Source of the DNA: a virus
Taxonomy: Duplodnaviria > Caudoviricetes
Length of the DNA: 64,000 nt
Virus record (IMG/VR): IMGVR_UViG_2639762716_000004
Span: 100,522 to 164,521 of that record
Direction: 5' to 3' (one strand)
In this document: positions 28,544 to 38,499 of the stretch, piece after piece
Numbering within the stretch: position 1 is the stretch's first letter
Layout: the number at the start of each line of letters is the position of its first letter
Made by a program: the position numbers and the translations under genes
The notes under the pieces: model-generated
What the model was told of the DNA's origin: nothing
What the model saw: the letters and a program-made list of their open reading frames with translations, nothing else
Database searches by the model: none

Positions 28544-30415
28544 TTAGCGTTCTGTTGTTAGCATTGTATGGACTTCATTTCCTTTATAAAAAATCCTAAA
28601 AGCCCCACATGTCTTGCAGATAAACCAATCCCCATGAGTGTAAACCCGCTTTTTTTCTAGATTATTCATAAAAGTAAATTCTTTATTTTCTGCTTTAAAC
28701 TCAATAACATTATTAATCTTCGAAACCAGTTTTTTGATTTTTTCTTTCTTTGTATGTCTAATTCTGTCCTTTGCTTCGGATAGTTTTCTTTTAAATTCCT
28801 CCGGAATTCCCGTAAACTCAAGCATTACGGAGTTTTCTCTGTCTACTAGCTTGTTATATCTATTCATATTACGCCCAGCACGTCCAGTTACCGCCCAGGA
28901 AGGGTTATTTCCCCTTAAAGTTAAATACTTCACGTACAGATCATAATAACGCTTTTTGAACCGCTGCAAGTCCTTTTTAAGATGGTATATAATGCTTTGA
29001 TTATCAGTTGTTTTAATTAGCTTTTTAACTTCATCATTCCAAGAATTAAACAGGTTTTGTATTTCCTTTGTGTGATCTCTTTTAGTTGTTCTAAAAATCC
29101 AATGTGCATCATGTTCGCGATCTTGTATTGTTTGATCAATGACATATGTTTCAACATCATCAATATCTATTTCAGGATATTCAAAGGCGTTTTCTTGGCT
29201 TTCAAGATCATTCGAGCTTAGTTTTTTAGCAAGTGAAATTGTACTGTCTGACTGTTTAGCATACCAACACTTAGAATAACGTGACCACCGGAACCCGACC
29301 GCTTTCATCTGCTCCCGTATCTCTTCGGATGGTTTAGAGCTGAAACGGATTTCAACACCGTTTTTCTCTTCGTTAAGTGTATATGTAACTGTTTCTTGTT
29401 CTGTTGTTTCTTGCACGTTTTCATTTGCCGCTTTGTTTGTTGTTTCGACTGATTCACCTGTTAAAAGGTTTTCTTTTTGGGCTGTGTCTCTTTTTGCCTT
29501 TACATATACAGTCTTTTCCGTGACCTCTTCCACCTCTTTCAACTCTGCAAAGTGAAAGCACCCTTTTTCAAAAAGTCTTTTGAAATTAGATTCGGAAAAG
29601 TACATAGTGTTTGCTGGATTGCTTGAACCCGTAAGCTCTTTATTTAATTTTTTATTCATTCTTACGAAAGATACAGACAATTTACCGTTAAACATTTGTT
29701 TTCTAGTTAATTTATAAACATATCCTTGTTGTACACCATATGTCAAAGGCTTATCAATTACAAGGTATGTCTGTCCCTCTTGAGCTTCTTCAATAGTCAG
29801 ATCAATTGATACAGGTTTGACAACTTTTTTGATAACTTGTTTTTTGACTGGAATTAGTTTTGATTGTTCATTGATTTTGTTTTCTAAACCGTCGATGAAT
29901 TTCACAAGTTTAGCTTGTGATTCTTCTTTATTATTCCAATCAAAGAAAGAAAAAGCGCGGTTACCTTTAGCAATGATTTCCCCATCTTTTTCGATATGCC
30001 AATTTGTTCGGCTTGGGTTGGCATGTTTAAAGACTGGATATTGAGAGACAACAACAGTTTCCATTTCTTCTTTCTGTCTCATTTTTTCAATGATTTTTCT
30101 GGACGTTTCTTTTTCATTTTCACTTGCTGCACTATCGTTAATTGTTGCTTGAAGTTTTGCAATTTTAGCATGATCAATAGTGTAACCTTTTTTTGTTACC
30201 TTTTTGCCTGACATACTTAGATCGTGTTTATAAATATCAATCAGAATTATGTAGCCGTCTTTTTCTGCAATACCATCCCATGATGCAGGATCAAAATAGT
30301 CAGTCATTGGATCACTGTTGTCCGGTTTATATCCGAATACATTCCAACCCCTTTTTTTAAGTTCACACATGATTTCAACTTTTGCCGTTCTTTTATCATA
30401 ATAAGATAATGCCAT
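28544..30415 (-). CDS. Large polyvalent-type early protein (YopA-like position)
   Basis: 623 aa, multidomain; GVEIRFSSKPSEEIREQMKAVGFRWS and PSWAVTGRAG motifs typical of polyvalent proteins. Confidence 0.65.
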   Translation of the reverse strand: MALSYYDKRTAKVEIMCELKKRGWNVFGYKPDNSDPMTDYFDPASWDGIAEKDGYIILIDIYKHDLSMSGKKVTKKGYTIDHAKIAKLQATINDSAASENEKETSRKIIEKMRQKEEMETVVVSQYPVFKHANPSRTNWHIEKDGEIIAKGNRAFSFFDWNNKEESQAKLVKFIDGLENKINEQSKLIPVKKQVIKKVVKPVSIDLTIEEAQEGQTYLVIDKPLTYGVQQGYVYKLTRKQMFNGKLSVSFVRMNKKLNKELTGSSNPANTMYFSESNFKRLFEKGCFHFAELKEVEEVTEKTVYVKAKRDTAQKENLLTGESVETTNKAANENVQETTEQETVTYTLNEEKNGVEIRFSSKPSEEIREQMKAVGFRWSRYSKCWYAKQSDSTISLAKKLSSNDLESQENAFEYPEIDIDDVETYVIDQTIQDREHDAHWIFRTTKRDHTKEIQNLFNSWNDEVKKLIKTTDNQSIIYHLKKDLQRFKKRYYDLYVKYLTLRGNNPSWAVTGRAGRNMNRYNKLVDRENSVMLEFTGIPEEFKRKLSEAKDRIRHTKKEKIKKLVSKINNVIEFKAENKEFTFMNNLEKKRVYTHGDWFICKTCGAFRIFYKGNEVHTMLTTER

Positions 30416-30731
30416 TATAAATATCTCCTTTTAATTTGTTCATTCGACCTACCATTATATTATCATGACTATTTTAGATAGTCAATAATTATTTATGTAT
30501 TATTTTTAATTTATTTATGTATTAGTCTGTGAAGGGTTTGGGATGGTGCAGACCAAAACATTTAAGGCAGCGAAGCTGTTTTAAATGTTTGTCAGCATCC
30601 CAAGGCTTTCATTTGTTTATTCTTTTAATTTATATATTTAAATTATTTTCGTCTTCTTTAAAGAGATGGATATAAAAAACCATTGATATGACTGAACTTT
30701 TTTAAATGGTTAAGAGGTTTTTCCTCTTTAG

Positions 30732-31949
30732 CTATCCATTTAACCAGTTTATGAGTAGCTTCCTCATTCTTGAAGATGGTATGAATAATGTTATATCCTC
30801 ACCGTTTCTAATTGCTGATCTCCATATCCATTGAAGTAATTCAGATAATGCAAAAGCATCCTGATCAATTGATACGTTATACTTCTCTTTAAAATAATTG
30901 TATAGAACAGTGTTAACATATCTATTTATTGTATACGCTAAGTGTTTTTTATGTATAAATTCATTTGTAGCTCTTGCATTACATGAAACAAAACCTTTAG
31001 TATAACCGTTACCCTTAATCTTGCTTTTATGTTCTGCGTATGTTGTCCACATTGCTTCATTACTTGTTGACTTGACTATATTATTAAAATAATTAAATAC
31101 ATTATTCTTCACTTTTTTGAGTGTATAAGATGATTTATTTTTATACCAACTGGATGACAATGAAAAGTCTAATTGTCCAATCGCATTTAAGTTTCCTTCA
31201 TAAATATTAATCTTATCCCTTATTTTTTCCTTGAGCTTCTTCTCATATTCATTATTATAATCAGTAAATGTATGCTGTTCGTTTCTAAATTCAGTGATGC
31301 ATTTTTGATATTTGATATTGTTTACATCGTAATAATACCTTTGTATTTGTGCGTCAAACATGTATGTAAGTATGTACACCTCGTTAAATAAAGCGAATAC
31401 ATCTGAAGGGAAATTCCATATCAATATATTATCTTTAAAGTAAATTAGATTATTATTTAAAGCCATGTCACGTATATCATCGTATCGTGTCTCATAGTCC
31501 TTTTTCTCTTCATTCCATTTAACAAATCCGTCCTCAACATAAATTAATTCAGAATCAAACAATGTGGTTAAATCATGTTTCTTTACTTGTAATTGCTCCA
31601 CAACTTCCATGACCTCATCTAATATTAAAGTATAGTTCCCTGAAAGAATAAGCTCCTTTGTTTCGTCATTTGCATTTTTGAAAAGGTTATGAGTGGCAAC
31701 AATGTTTTTATTCTGCGATAAGAGTTCATGAAATGACTCAAACTTATATTGTGTTTTGTCTCCTTTCTTCTTCACCTTTGGTTCATACATTTGTCTATTG
31801 TTTACGCTTTTTTTGATACGTTCAACTTCATTTAAGTATGGTGTTATGAATATAAAGTTTTCATCTTTACTTGCGTTATTCATTAGATTGATTGCGACCG
31901 ATGTTTTTCCACTACCCATAATCGAATCCACAACTTTAATACTTTTCAT
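30732..31949 (-). CDS. yonV: SF2 helicase-like ATPase (YonV-like)
   Basis: Walker A MGSGKT, LILDEV, QWIWRSAIR; synteny. Confidence 0.75.
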   Translation of the reverse strand: MKSIKVVDSIMGSGKTSVAINLMNNASKDENFIFITPYLNEVERIKKSVNNRQMYEPKVKKKGDKTQYKFESFHELLSQNKNIVATHNLFKNANDETKELILSGNYTLILDEVMEVVEQLQVKKHDLTTLFDSELIYVEDGFVKWNEEKKDYETRYDDIRDMALNNNLIYFKDNILIWNFPSDVFALFNEVYILTYMFDAQIQRYYYDVNNIKYQKCITEFRNEQHTFTDYNNEYEKKLKEKIRDKINIYEGNLNAIGQLDFSLSSSWYKNKSSYTLKKVKNNVFNYFNNIVKSTSNEAMWTTYAEHKSKIKGNGYTKGFVSCNARATNEFIHKKHLAYTINRYVNTVLYNYFKEKYNVSIDQDAFALSELLQWIWRSAIRNGEDITLFIPSSRMRKLLINWLNG

Positions 31950-31962
31950 TCTAATCCTCCTT

Positions 31963-32814
31963 TTAATTATTGTTTTTTAACCATTGTGACAATAATTTCT
32001 CCATTCTAAGCGAAGGAACAAATATGGTTATTGGGTTCTTAATATCACCACAATTTACAATCCATTTCAGCATTAATGATAAAGCATATGTATCCTCATC
32101 TAAGTTCGATAGTTCTTTATATTTCCTAGTCAAAAATGAATTAGGAAAACAGTTTGCGGCAAAACATAAATGGGTTTTCTTATCCTTTTCTGATAGCTGC
32201 CCATTAAGTGGAACAAATCTTTTTTTATTCCCCTTAAATTCTAATTGTCTAGCAAACTGTGTGAATGTTGTCCAGCAACGCTCTTTACTTTTTGAATTAG
32301 TCTGATGGTAAAAATAATTATTCATATTCCATTTTAATTGCCGAACATCATTAGCATTTTTGGTGAACCATGTTTTGCTGTAATCATATTTACTGTTTCC
32401 GCTTTGAAGAAGCTTTCCTTTTTTCTCATGAATTTTTAGGTTATTTCTTAAAAGTTGTTTAGCTTCATTGGGAATGTTATTGCAATAGAACACATCTTCC
32501 ATAAAATTAGATGGTGCTGAAATGCTGTGAATTGTAGTCGAAGTTAGAACATTATAAAGGGTTGATACATCTTCCCCATCTATCCACATTTGTTCGATTT
32601 TTAATAAGTCTTTCTTGTCCTCAACATATTCCAACACTTCAAAAGTGAAATCATTCAAATTGTATTTTTTCCAATCTTTTTGTAACAGGTGTGAATGATG
32701 CAACCCATAGTGCAGATCAGTCACATGCTGTTCCCATCTTTTGAATACATTTGAACTACTGCCTATATACTTCTTCCCGTTTTGTTTATTTGTTATTTGG
32801 TAAACGCCTTTCAT
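31963..32814 (-). CDS. GIY-YIG nuclease fused to a paralogue of the YonV C-terminal domain
   Basis: GVYQI...YIGSS...RW...H; C-half aligns by eye with the adjacent helicase C-half. Confidence 0.8.
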   Translation of the reverse strand: MKGVYQITNKQNGKKYIGSSSNVFKRWEQHVTDLHYGLHHSHLLQKDWKKYNLNDFTFEVLEYVEDKKDLLKIEQMWIDGEDVSTLYNVLTSTTIHSISAPSNFMEDVFYCNNIPNEAKQLLRNNLKIHEKKGKLLQSGNSKYDYSKTWFTKNANDVRQLKWNMNNYFYHQTNSKSKERCWTTFTQFARQLEFKGNKKRFVPLNGQLSEKDKKTHLCFAANCFPNSFLTRKYKELSNLDEDTYALSLMLKWIVNCGDIKNPITIFVPSLRMEKLLSQWLKNNN

Positions 32815-32864
32815 TCACTATCTCCTTTTAATTATTATATGTATTGATGAGCGATTACCATCAC

Positions 32865-33053
32865 TCATCTTTTTTGATTACGCTTGATTCCAAAGTAAAC
32901 AAACCATGAAACCGCAATTAGAACAAGCGTAACAATAAACACCGTATAAATAATGATCTGTGTTGTGCTGCTGAAGTATTGTTTGTTGAACAAGAATAGA
33001 ACAAAGCAAACAATAAACAATAAATATGTTAGCCACAATGGATTACGCTTCAT
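32865..33053 (-). CDS. Small two-TM protein (YoyJ-like position)
   Basis: Hydrophobic 62 aa immediately downstream of yonT. Confidence 0.6.
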   Translation of the reverse strand: MKRNPLWLTYLLFIVCFVLFLFNKQYFSSTTQIIIYTVFIVTLVLIAVSWFVYFGIKRNQKR

Positions 33054-33087
33054 GTTTTATCATGTGCTTGATTGTGTTATACTGTAG

Positions 33088-33190
33088 GTGAAGCTAAGGG
33101 AGAAGTCTCCCCTAGCCTTGCTGTATTATTGGCGTGTACGTCTGCGATGCCTTGCCCGGATTCGCTTATGTATACGCCTTTTCTTTTGCT
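33088..33190 (+). ncRNA. SR6-like antisense antitoxin RNA (ends approximate)
   Basis: Plus-strand TG-TATACT -10 at ~33077-33085; hairpin GCTAAGGGAGA/TCTCCCCTAGC; overlaps the yonT 3' end. Confidence 0.5.
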
Positions 33191-33305
33191 GTTTTTGGCG
33201 TTCCTTTCTTATCGCTGTCAGCTTCTCCATAATCGTTAGAATATTGAGTGTTAACGTTGATAAAGAAATGACGGTAGCCAATACAACACCTACCTTATCA
33301 AGCAC
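33126..33305 (-). CDS. yonT: Type I toxin YonT homolog, 59 aa
   Basis: Manual translation MLDKVGVVLATVISLSTLTLNILTIMEKL...KKRRIHKRIRARHRRRTRQ*: TM plus Arg/Lys tail; RBS GGAGGGG. Confidence 0.85.
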   Translation of the reverse strand: MLDKVGVVLATVISLSTLTLNILTIMEKLTAIRKERQKQQKKRRIHKRIRARHRRRTRQ

Positions 33306-33573
33306 ATTTTCCCCTCCTTTCTATATATTAATTTTATCACGACTCCTTTAAATAGTCAATAATTATTTTTAATTTGTTTATAATTTTTAGGATGATAGAT
33401 AAAGAGTGTTTACGTTCGATATAACAAGGATTAAAGTTGATGAGTGTATTTGGGTTAGGATTTGATTGTAACGTCTGTATGAGGCTGTAAAGGTGGTTAG
33501 AATAGAAATAAAAAAGACCCAGTTATAAAACTGAGTCGTGTTTCATTTCTATTTTTAATTTGTTTTTGTCATT

Positions 33574-33841
33574 TTATGAATCCCTTTCTTGTTTCGTTCC
33601 TTTACTAGACCTTTCAGTCTTCGTGTTGCTTTGATTTCCTGGCATTCACCTTTTGCAACTGACAGCCTATACTTTGCCCATTGTTTAGTTGAATCATCTA
33701 AGCCCCAACAGAAACGCAAAAGAGTCATAACGTTTAGATCGTTATTATATTCAGCATGGGCAAACTCTTTAAACCATTTACCGGATTGGATAAGTCTTAA
33801 CGAACGCTTGCGAGATTTTTCGCGAATGATTAATGATTCAA
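33574..33841 (-). pseudogene. 86-aa gene broken by a 7-bp tandem duplication
   Basis: RBS AAGGAGG then TTG AAT CAT TAA; removing one AATCATT copy restores an 87-codon frame. Confidence 0.6.
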
Positions 33842-33924
33842 AATTATCCTCCTTCCTCTAAACATATTATATATTCAATGAGTATGAAATAAAAGAGAAA
33901 AATTTAAAGGGCCATATCCCTTTT

Positions 33925-34206
33925 TTAAAAGATCCTATACATTGCTTTCTCATCATCGTTTTCAATGTGATTTTTCCACCTGGAAAGGAATTTATCTACT
34001 TTGTTGATGTGTTTTGAAGGCACATTCGTATGTCCCTCAATCGCAAGGTCGCGCTCAGATAAAACCTTAAACATTACACTAGAAATCGTTTTGCTTTCAA
34101 GGTTATCAAGTTCGGGCGCGAATTCATCTAAATGCAGCCCCCACGCTTCATTTAAACATTTCTCGAATTTTTCATTTTGACCCATAAATTTGATCGCTTT
34201 TGCCAT
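33925..34206 (-). CDS. Hypothetical early protein
   Basis: 93 aa, operator-promoter at 34255-34283. Confidence 0.65.
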   Translation of the reverse strand: MAKAIKFMGQNEKFEKCLNEAWGLHLDEFAPELDNLESKTISSVMFKVLSERDLAIEGHTNVPSKHINKVDKFLSRWKNHIENDDEKAMYRIF

Positions 34207-34444
34207 TTTTCATTTCCCCTTTCGGTTATATATGTATCGATTAACTATATTTAAATTGTATCACGACTATTAAAGATAGTCAATATATATCATGTAATTA
34301 TTTTTAATTTGTTTATGTTTGGATTCTCAACACACATAAAATACCAATCTATTGACACATTGAATTAAGAGAGTTGCTAGGCTATGATTTCATCAGATGG
34401 AATTATTTATGTAAAGTTCCATCAAAAAGGAGGAGAGTTAAGAG

Positions 34445-34882
34445 ATGAAAAAAGTATTAAAACTATGTGTGTTGTTCGGTGTGAGTATGGCGATCTTATT
34501 AGGGTTCTCACCTCAGAATGCTTCTGCGGCTTGGTCAGATTGGCAAAGCTTTAATGGATTTAAACAAGGATGTCAAGTTCGCGTGTATACTGATGCATTG
34601 AACTACTCATCTAGAGCTAAGACAGTTGATGTGAAAGCCGAACAGAACGGTAAATGCGGGACTATTTATTATGAAATGTTTTTGTCTTGGAAAGGAGATT
34701 GGTCAATAGGAATGGGTGAAAATCTGCCAACAGGTTCGTTTACTTCCGTTACTCCTTTGAAATCTATAACTATCATACATCCGGAAGAAAAAACAGATGC
34801 TATTGTATATGTAGGCTTGAAAAAATCATCAAACGGAGAGAATTTATATGAAGCTAGGTCGAAATGGTTAACTATAGAATAA
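34445..34882 (+). CDS. Secreted protein of unknown function
   Basis: Sec signal ending ASA-AW; two Cys; terminator at ~34890-34921. Confidence 0.75.
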   Translation: MKKVLKLCVLFGVSMAILLGFSPQNASAAWSDWQSFNGFKQGCQVRVYTDALNYSSRAKTVDVKAEQNGKCGTIYYEMFLSWKGDWSIGMGENLPTGSFTSVTPLKSITIIHPEEKTDAIVYVGLKKSSNGENLYEARSKWLTIE

Positions 34883-35644
34883 ATAACAAAGGGGATCAGT
34901 CTTGTGGCTGGTCTCTTTTTTAATGTGAGGATTATGATACATGTGTGTTGGTGTAATGATGAGAGGATTAATTAATATAGTACAAATGTGTTAAAAAGAA
35001 AATAAGTCTTCGGCTCGCGGCTTGCTGTTATTCTCACGATTATAAATAAAAAAGAAATGTTTCAGGGTTATTGTGAACATTAATAAAATTTTTTTGAAAA
35101 ATATTCACACAAACTATTGACTTTTCATTAATATGTGATCTCAGTTAATTCCTGAATAACGGTTCAATAAATCCAGTTATAACAGTCCTTATAACCGTAA
35201 GTGGATTCCATATATTAGGTTATAGAGGGGTTATATTAACATCCAAATTGCGTCAAATAGGGTTATATTCGCCCCTAGCACTTCCATTTCCACACCAGGA
35301 TCATTTTTTCGATTTCAGCCAAAATTCAATCGTAATTGCTATCGTAAAATTCATTAATATCAACACATTTCATCGTATCCCCTCCCCCTAAAACACTCTA
35401 AATCCTATGTCAAATCATTCCCAATCCCTTCTCCCCCAAATGTTTTACGATTAACTTCCCTCATATCTCCTAAAAAAACTTAGAAAACTATTGTCACCGT
35501 TGCCTTTCCTCAAATTTTCTTATCTCATCACGATGGCATCTTTGACCATAATAAACAAAAAAAGAGATGATCATTGCTGATCACCTAAATAAAATTCAGA
35601 TTATTGACAAGTTCTGTTTTAAAAAATCGCACATTCCTTCAGTG

Positions 35645-36646
35645 TTATTTTCTCTCTAATAAAACTTTTCTGCGTTTTTTTCGAATAAAGAAAAAAACAA
35701 TAACTAAAGTTGTCAATAAAAATAACATCCCTCCAGTTTCAATATTTTTAAGCAGTTTTATTTTATTAGACTGATCTAAAGCTTTACTAATACTTAACAC
35801 CCCATTGCCATATTCTAATTTGCTTCCTATAGGTATAGCTGTTTTTGAGAGTATGTTTTTAATCTCATCATTTGATAGACTTTCATTCTGTTCCATAATA
35901 AGAGCAACGACGCCTGCCACATATGCTGCGGCTATTGAAGTACCACTTCTTTTTATGTATTTCCCATCTAGAGAGTTACTTAATATATCTTCTCCTGGCG
36001 CCAAAATATCAATGCCATTTCCTCGACTAGTTCTAAACCATCTTTTCTTATTTTTCCCTAGAGCCCCAACACCTATAACTTCATCATATTTAGCTGGGTA
36101 TGTAACTGTATCATTTATAGAAAAACCATTATTCCCTACAGATGATATTACTATGATTCCTTTATCATGCGCTTCTTTTATAGCTTTATGTAAGCTTTCA
36201 GATTCCTTCTCACCTCCCAAACTCATAGAAATGATATCGATATTATTGTCAATTGCCCATTCAATACCTTTAATCAAATCATCATAACTTCCTGAAAGTC
36301 TCTTGTCTAAAACCTTTACCGCATATATATCTGCCTTCGGGGCAATTGAATTAATAACTCCTGCTAAATGTGTCCCATGCCCGTTTAAATCCTCATAATT
36401 ATTCGTTTCTTTAAATGATATTCCACCTTTCATAGTTATTTCTTTGTTCTTTTTTTTACTAAAGCCTGAGTCAAGCAAGGCAATTGATATTCCATCTCCG
36501 TTAACATTATATTTTTCTCTATTTCCTATCACTTCTTTATATTGATTTTTTAAATACACTTCGTTAGATAATCCATATGTCTCGCGAAACGGGCAAACCA
36601 AAAAAATAACAGTTAAAATCAATGATAAAATTAATTCTTTTTTCAT
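35645..36646 (-). CDS. Membrane-anchored S8 (subtilisin-like) peptidase
   Basis: Catalytic D (LLDSG), H (HGTH), S (SGTS); signal peptide; C-terminal TM plus basic tail. Confidence 0.92.
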   Translation of the reverse strand: MKKELILSLILTVIFLVCPFRETYGLSNEVYLKNQYKEVIGNREKYNVNGDGISIALLDSGFSKKKNKEITMKGGISFKETNNYEDLNGHGTHLAGVINSIAPKADIYAVKVLDKRLSGSYDDLIKGIEWAIDNNIDIISMSLGGEKESESLHKAIKEAHDKGIIVISSVGNNGFSINDTVTYPAKYDEVIGVGALGKNKKRWFRTSRGNGIDILAPGEDILSNSLDGKYIKRSGTSIAAAYVAGVVALIMEQNESLSNDEIKNILSKTAIPIGSKLEYGNGVLSISKALDQSNKIKLLKNIETGGMLFLLTTLVIVFFFIRKKRRKVLLERK

Positions 36647-36755
36647 CTATTTCTCCTTTTATTATGAAATTAAGAATAAAAGTTCCTTTACACTATTGAA
36701 TAATAAACCAATGATGGTATAATAATCTAGTATTTTTTATTTTAGGAGGAGAAGG

Positions 36756-37451
36756 ATGCTTAAAAGTTCAAAAAAACTTATTTTTTCTTTAACTGCTTTT
36801 GTAATGTTCTTTAGTGTTATTGGAACATCAGTAGCAGAAGCAATTCAGAGTACACCAGAAAAAGTCATAACTCAACCAGAAAATCAGACAAACCTATCTA
36901 ACAAAGAGTTGCTGGATCTTGACATTGATGACTTAATTAAAGATAAAAAGTTAGTGTCTTACATTGAAGATGAAAACCCTAGTCCAACTACAACAGAAGT
37001 AAATAAAGCTGAAAAGAAAATAGAAGAAAATTTAACTGAATCAGATATTCTGATTGATGATGAAACTTTAGCCTACATAGACACTATTAATCCAGATATA
37101 GACCTAGATAGTCTTGATCAAATGGATAAAGATATAGATGAAGAACAATTTACAGAGGTTAAGGGGCAATTTGCAGGATTAGCAGTAAGGCTTTTGCTTG
37201 CTCAAACTAAATCTTTATTAAAAAAGTTTGGATTTAAAGCCGTTAAAGTTTCATTTCATTTGGTAGTACGTATGGTTCAACGAAATATATCTCCAGGTGA
37301 TGTACTTGACGCTCTTAGAAAAGGAAAAAAATACTATGATCCAAAGTATAAATCAACAGTTTATTATTATAAAGGTGTTGCAGTGGCAAAAAAAGGTGGT
37401 ACTTTAACGACTACTTACCGTTCAAAAACACCGAAAAAACGATGGAAATAA
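36756..37451 (+). CDS. Secreted pro-toxin with a C-terminal DUF4258-like (putative RNase) domain
   Basis: Signal peptide, acidic pro-region, basic C-domain SFHLVVRMVQRNISPGDVLDAL. Confidence 0.7.
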   Translation: MLKSSKKLIFSLTAFVMFFSVIGTSVAEAIQSTPEKVITQPENQTNLSNKELLDLDIDDLIKDKKLVSYIEDENPSPTTTEVNKAEKKIEENLTESDILIDDETLAYIDTINPDIDLDSLDQMDKDIDEEQFTEVKGQFAGLAVRLLLAQTKSLLKKFGFKAVKVSFHLVVRMVQRNISPGDVLDALRKGKKYYDPKYKSTVYYYKGVAVAKKGGTLTTTYRSKTPKKRWK

Positions 37452-37465
37452 GAAGGAGGTTCTAA

Positions 37466-37879
37466 ATGAGATCACTAATAACATTTGACATGGAAGCCGA
37501 GTTAGGATATATATATGTTTTACCCCCTTCCAGGAAATCTAAAATTGAATCTACAGATGAATTAGAAGTCAATGAGGATATCATGCTTGATATTGACAGT
37601 GAGGATAGAATTGTCGGGATGGAGTTATTTGGAGATACAGCACATGCTTTAGCCAATTTTGCAGGTGCTAAAAAAATATATTCCAAATCTTTAAATAAAG
37701 ATAACAATAGTCTAATTTATAGTTTTAGACTATCTGATAAAGAAATAAATAAAACTTATAACGCTTTTGGGATTTCCTTTTGTTTTAATGATGATAAATT
37801 TCAAGAATTTGTTGGCTTTGATATTATTGATATATCAAAATACGATGAAAAATTATTAGACAAAATGACAAAAAAATAA
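37466..37879 (+). CDS. DUF2283-family protein, putative immunity
   Basis: ITFDMEAELGYIYV...IMLDIDSEDRIVGMEL; directly follows the toxin gene. Confidence 0.75.
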   Translation: MRSLITFDMEAELGYIYVLPPSRKSKIESTDELEVNEDIMLDIDSEDRIVGMELFGDTAHALANFAGAKKIYSKSLNKDNNSLIYSFRLSDKEINKTYNAFGISFCFNDDKFQEFVGFDIIDISKYDEKLLDKMTKK

Positions 37880-38338
37880 CGAGTTTTTATAGAGGGACTG
37901 ATACAGAAGCCATATTTATGAATCAGTCCCTTAACTTTAATTCACCTCCTGGGTACAAACATTTTTCATCCTCCCCCTTCCCCAATAAAAAAACACATAA
38001 ATCCTTTGTCGTTGTAGTCTTTTCATCTATTCTCTCTCCTCATTACGATAGCATCATAATTCATTACAAATAATTCAACGATAATCAACCAAGTTCACTA
38101 TCCAATCCTTGGATAAAAAGTTACAATACCCTTATTAGTTACTAAATGAAAATAAGGAGGTTGTTGTATGGAAGGTAAGGTTCTAACCAAAAAAGAATTA
38201 GAGAATACAGAAAAAAGGGTTATTGTAGCTCTCCCCCATCACTTCCATATGCTATAAGATTAATGTCTGTCCTAAATTGTGAGCTATCCGATTTATTTGA
38301 AATTATTGAGCTGGATGAATAATTCAGCTCAATAATTA

Positions 38339-38367
38339 TAGACATAAGCAAATTAAAAGTATATAAT
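38339..38367 (+). promoter_or_regulatory. sigmaA promoter of the yonO operon with operator in spacer
   Basis: TAGACA-taagcaaattaaaagta(17)-TATAAT; spacer nearly identical to 1565-1593. Confidence 0.75.
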
Positions 38368-38499
38368 GTATATAGAAAGGTAAGCAGGGAGTGATTTGAT
38401 ATATAATTGGGATCAGTTGATTAGTGTTAAACGCCCTAAAGAATATTCAATAGGAGTGTGATTCAGTGAAAAATAAATCGAAAATTTTGGAGGAGAAGC

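Noticed and set aside
33088-33351. 87-aa plus-strand ORF
   Set aside because: Antisense shadow of yonT
38168-38322. Intact yonR-like XRE gene
   Set aside because: Only an RBS-led short ORF and an out-of-frame HTH-like tail (LNCELSDLFEII) remain; too degraded to call
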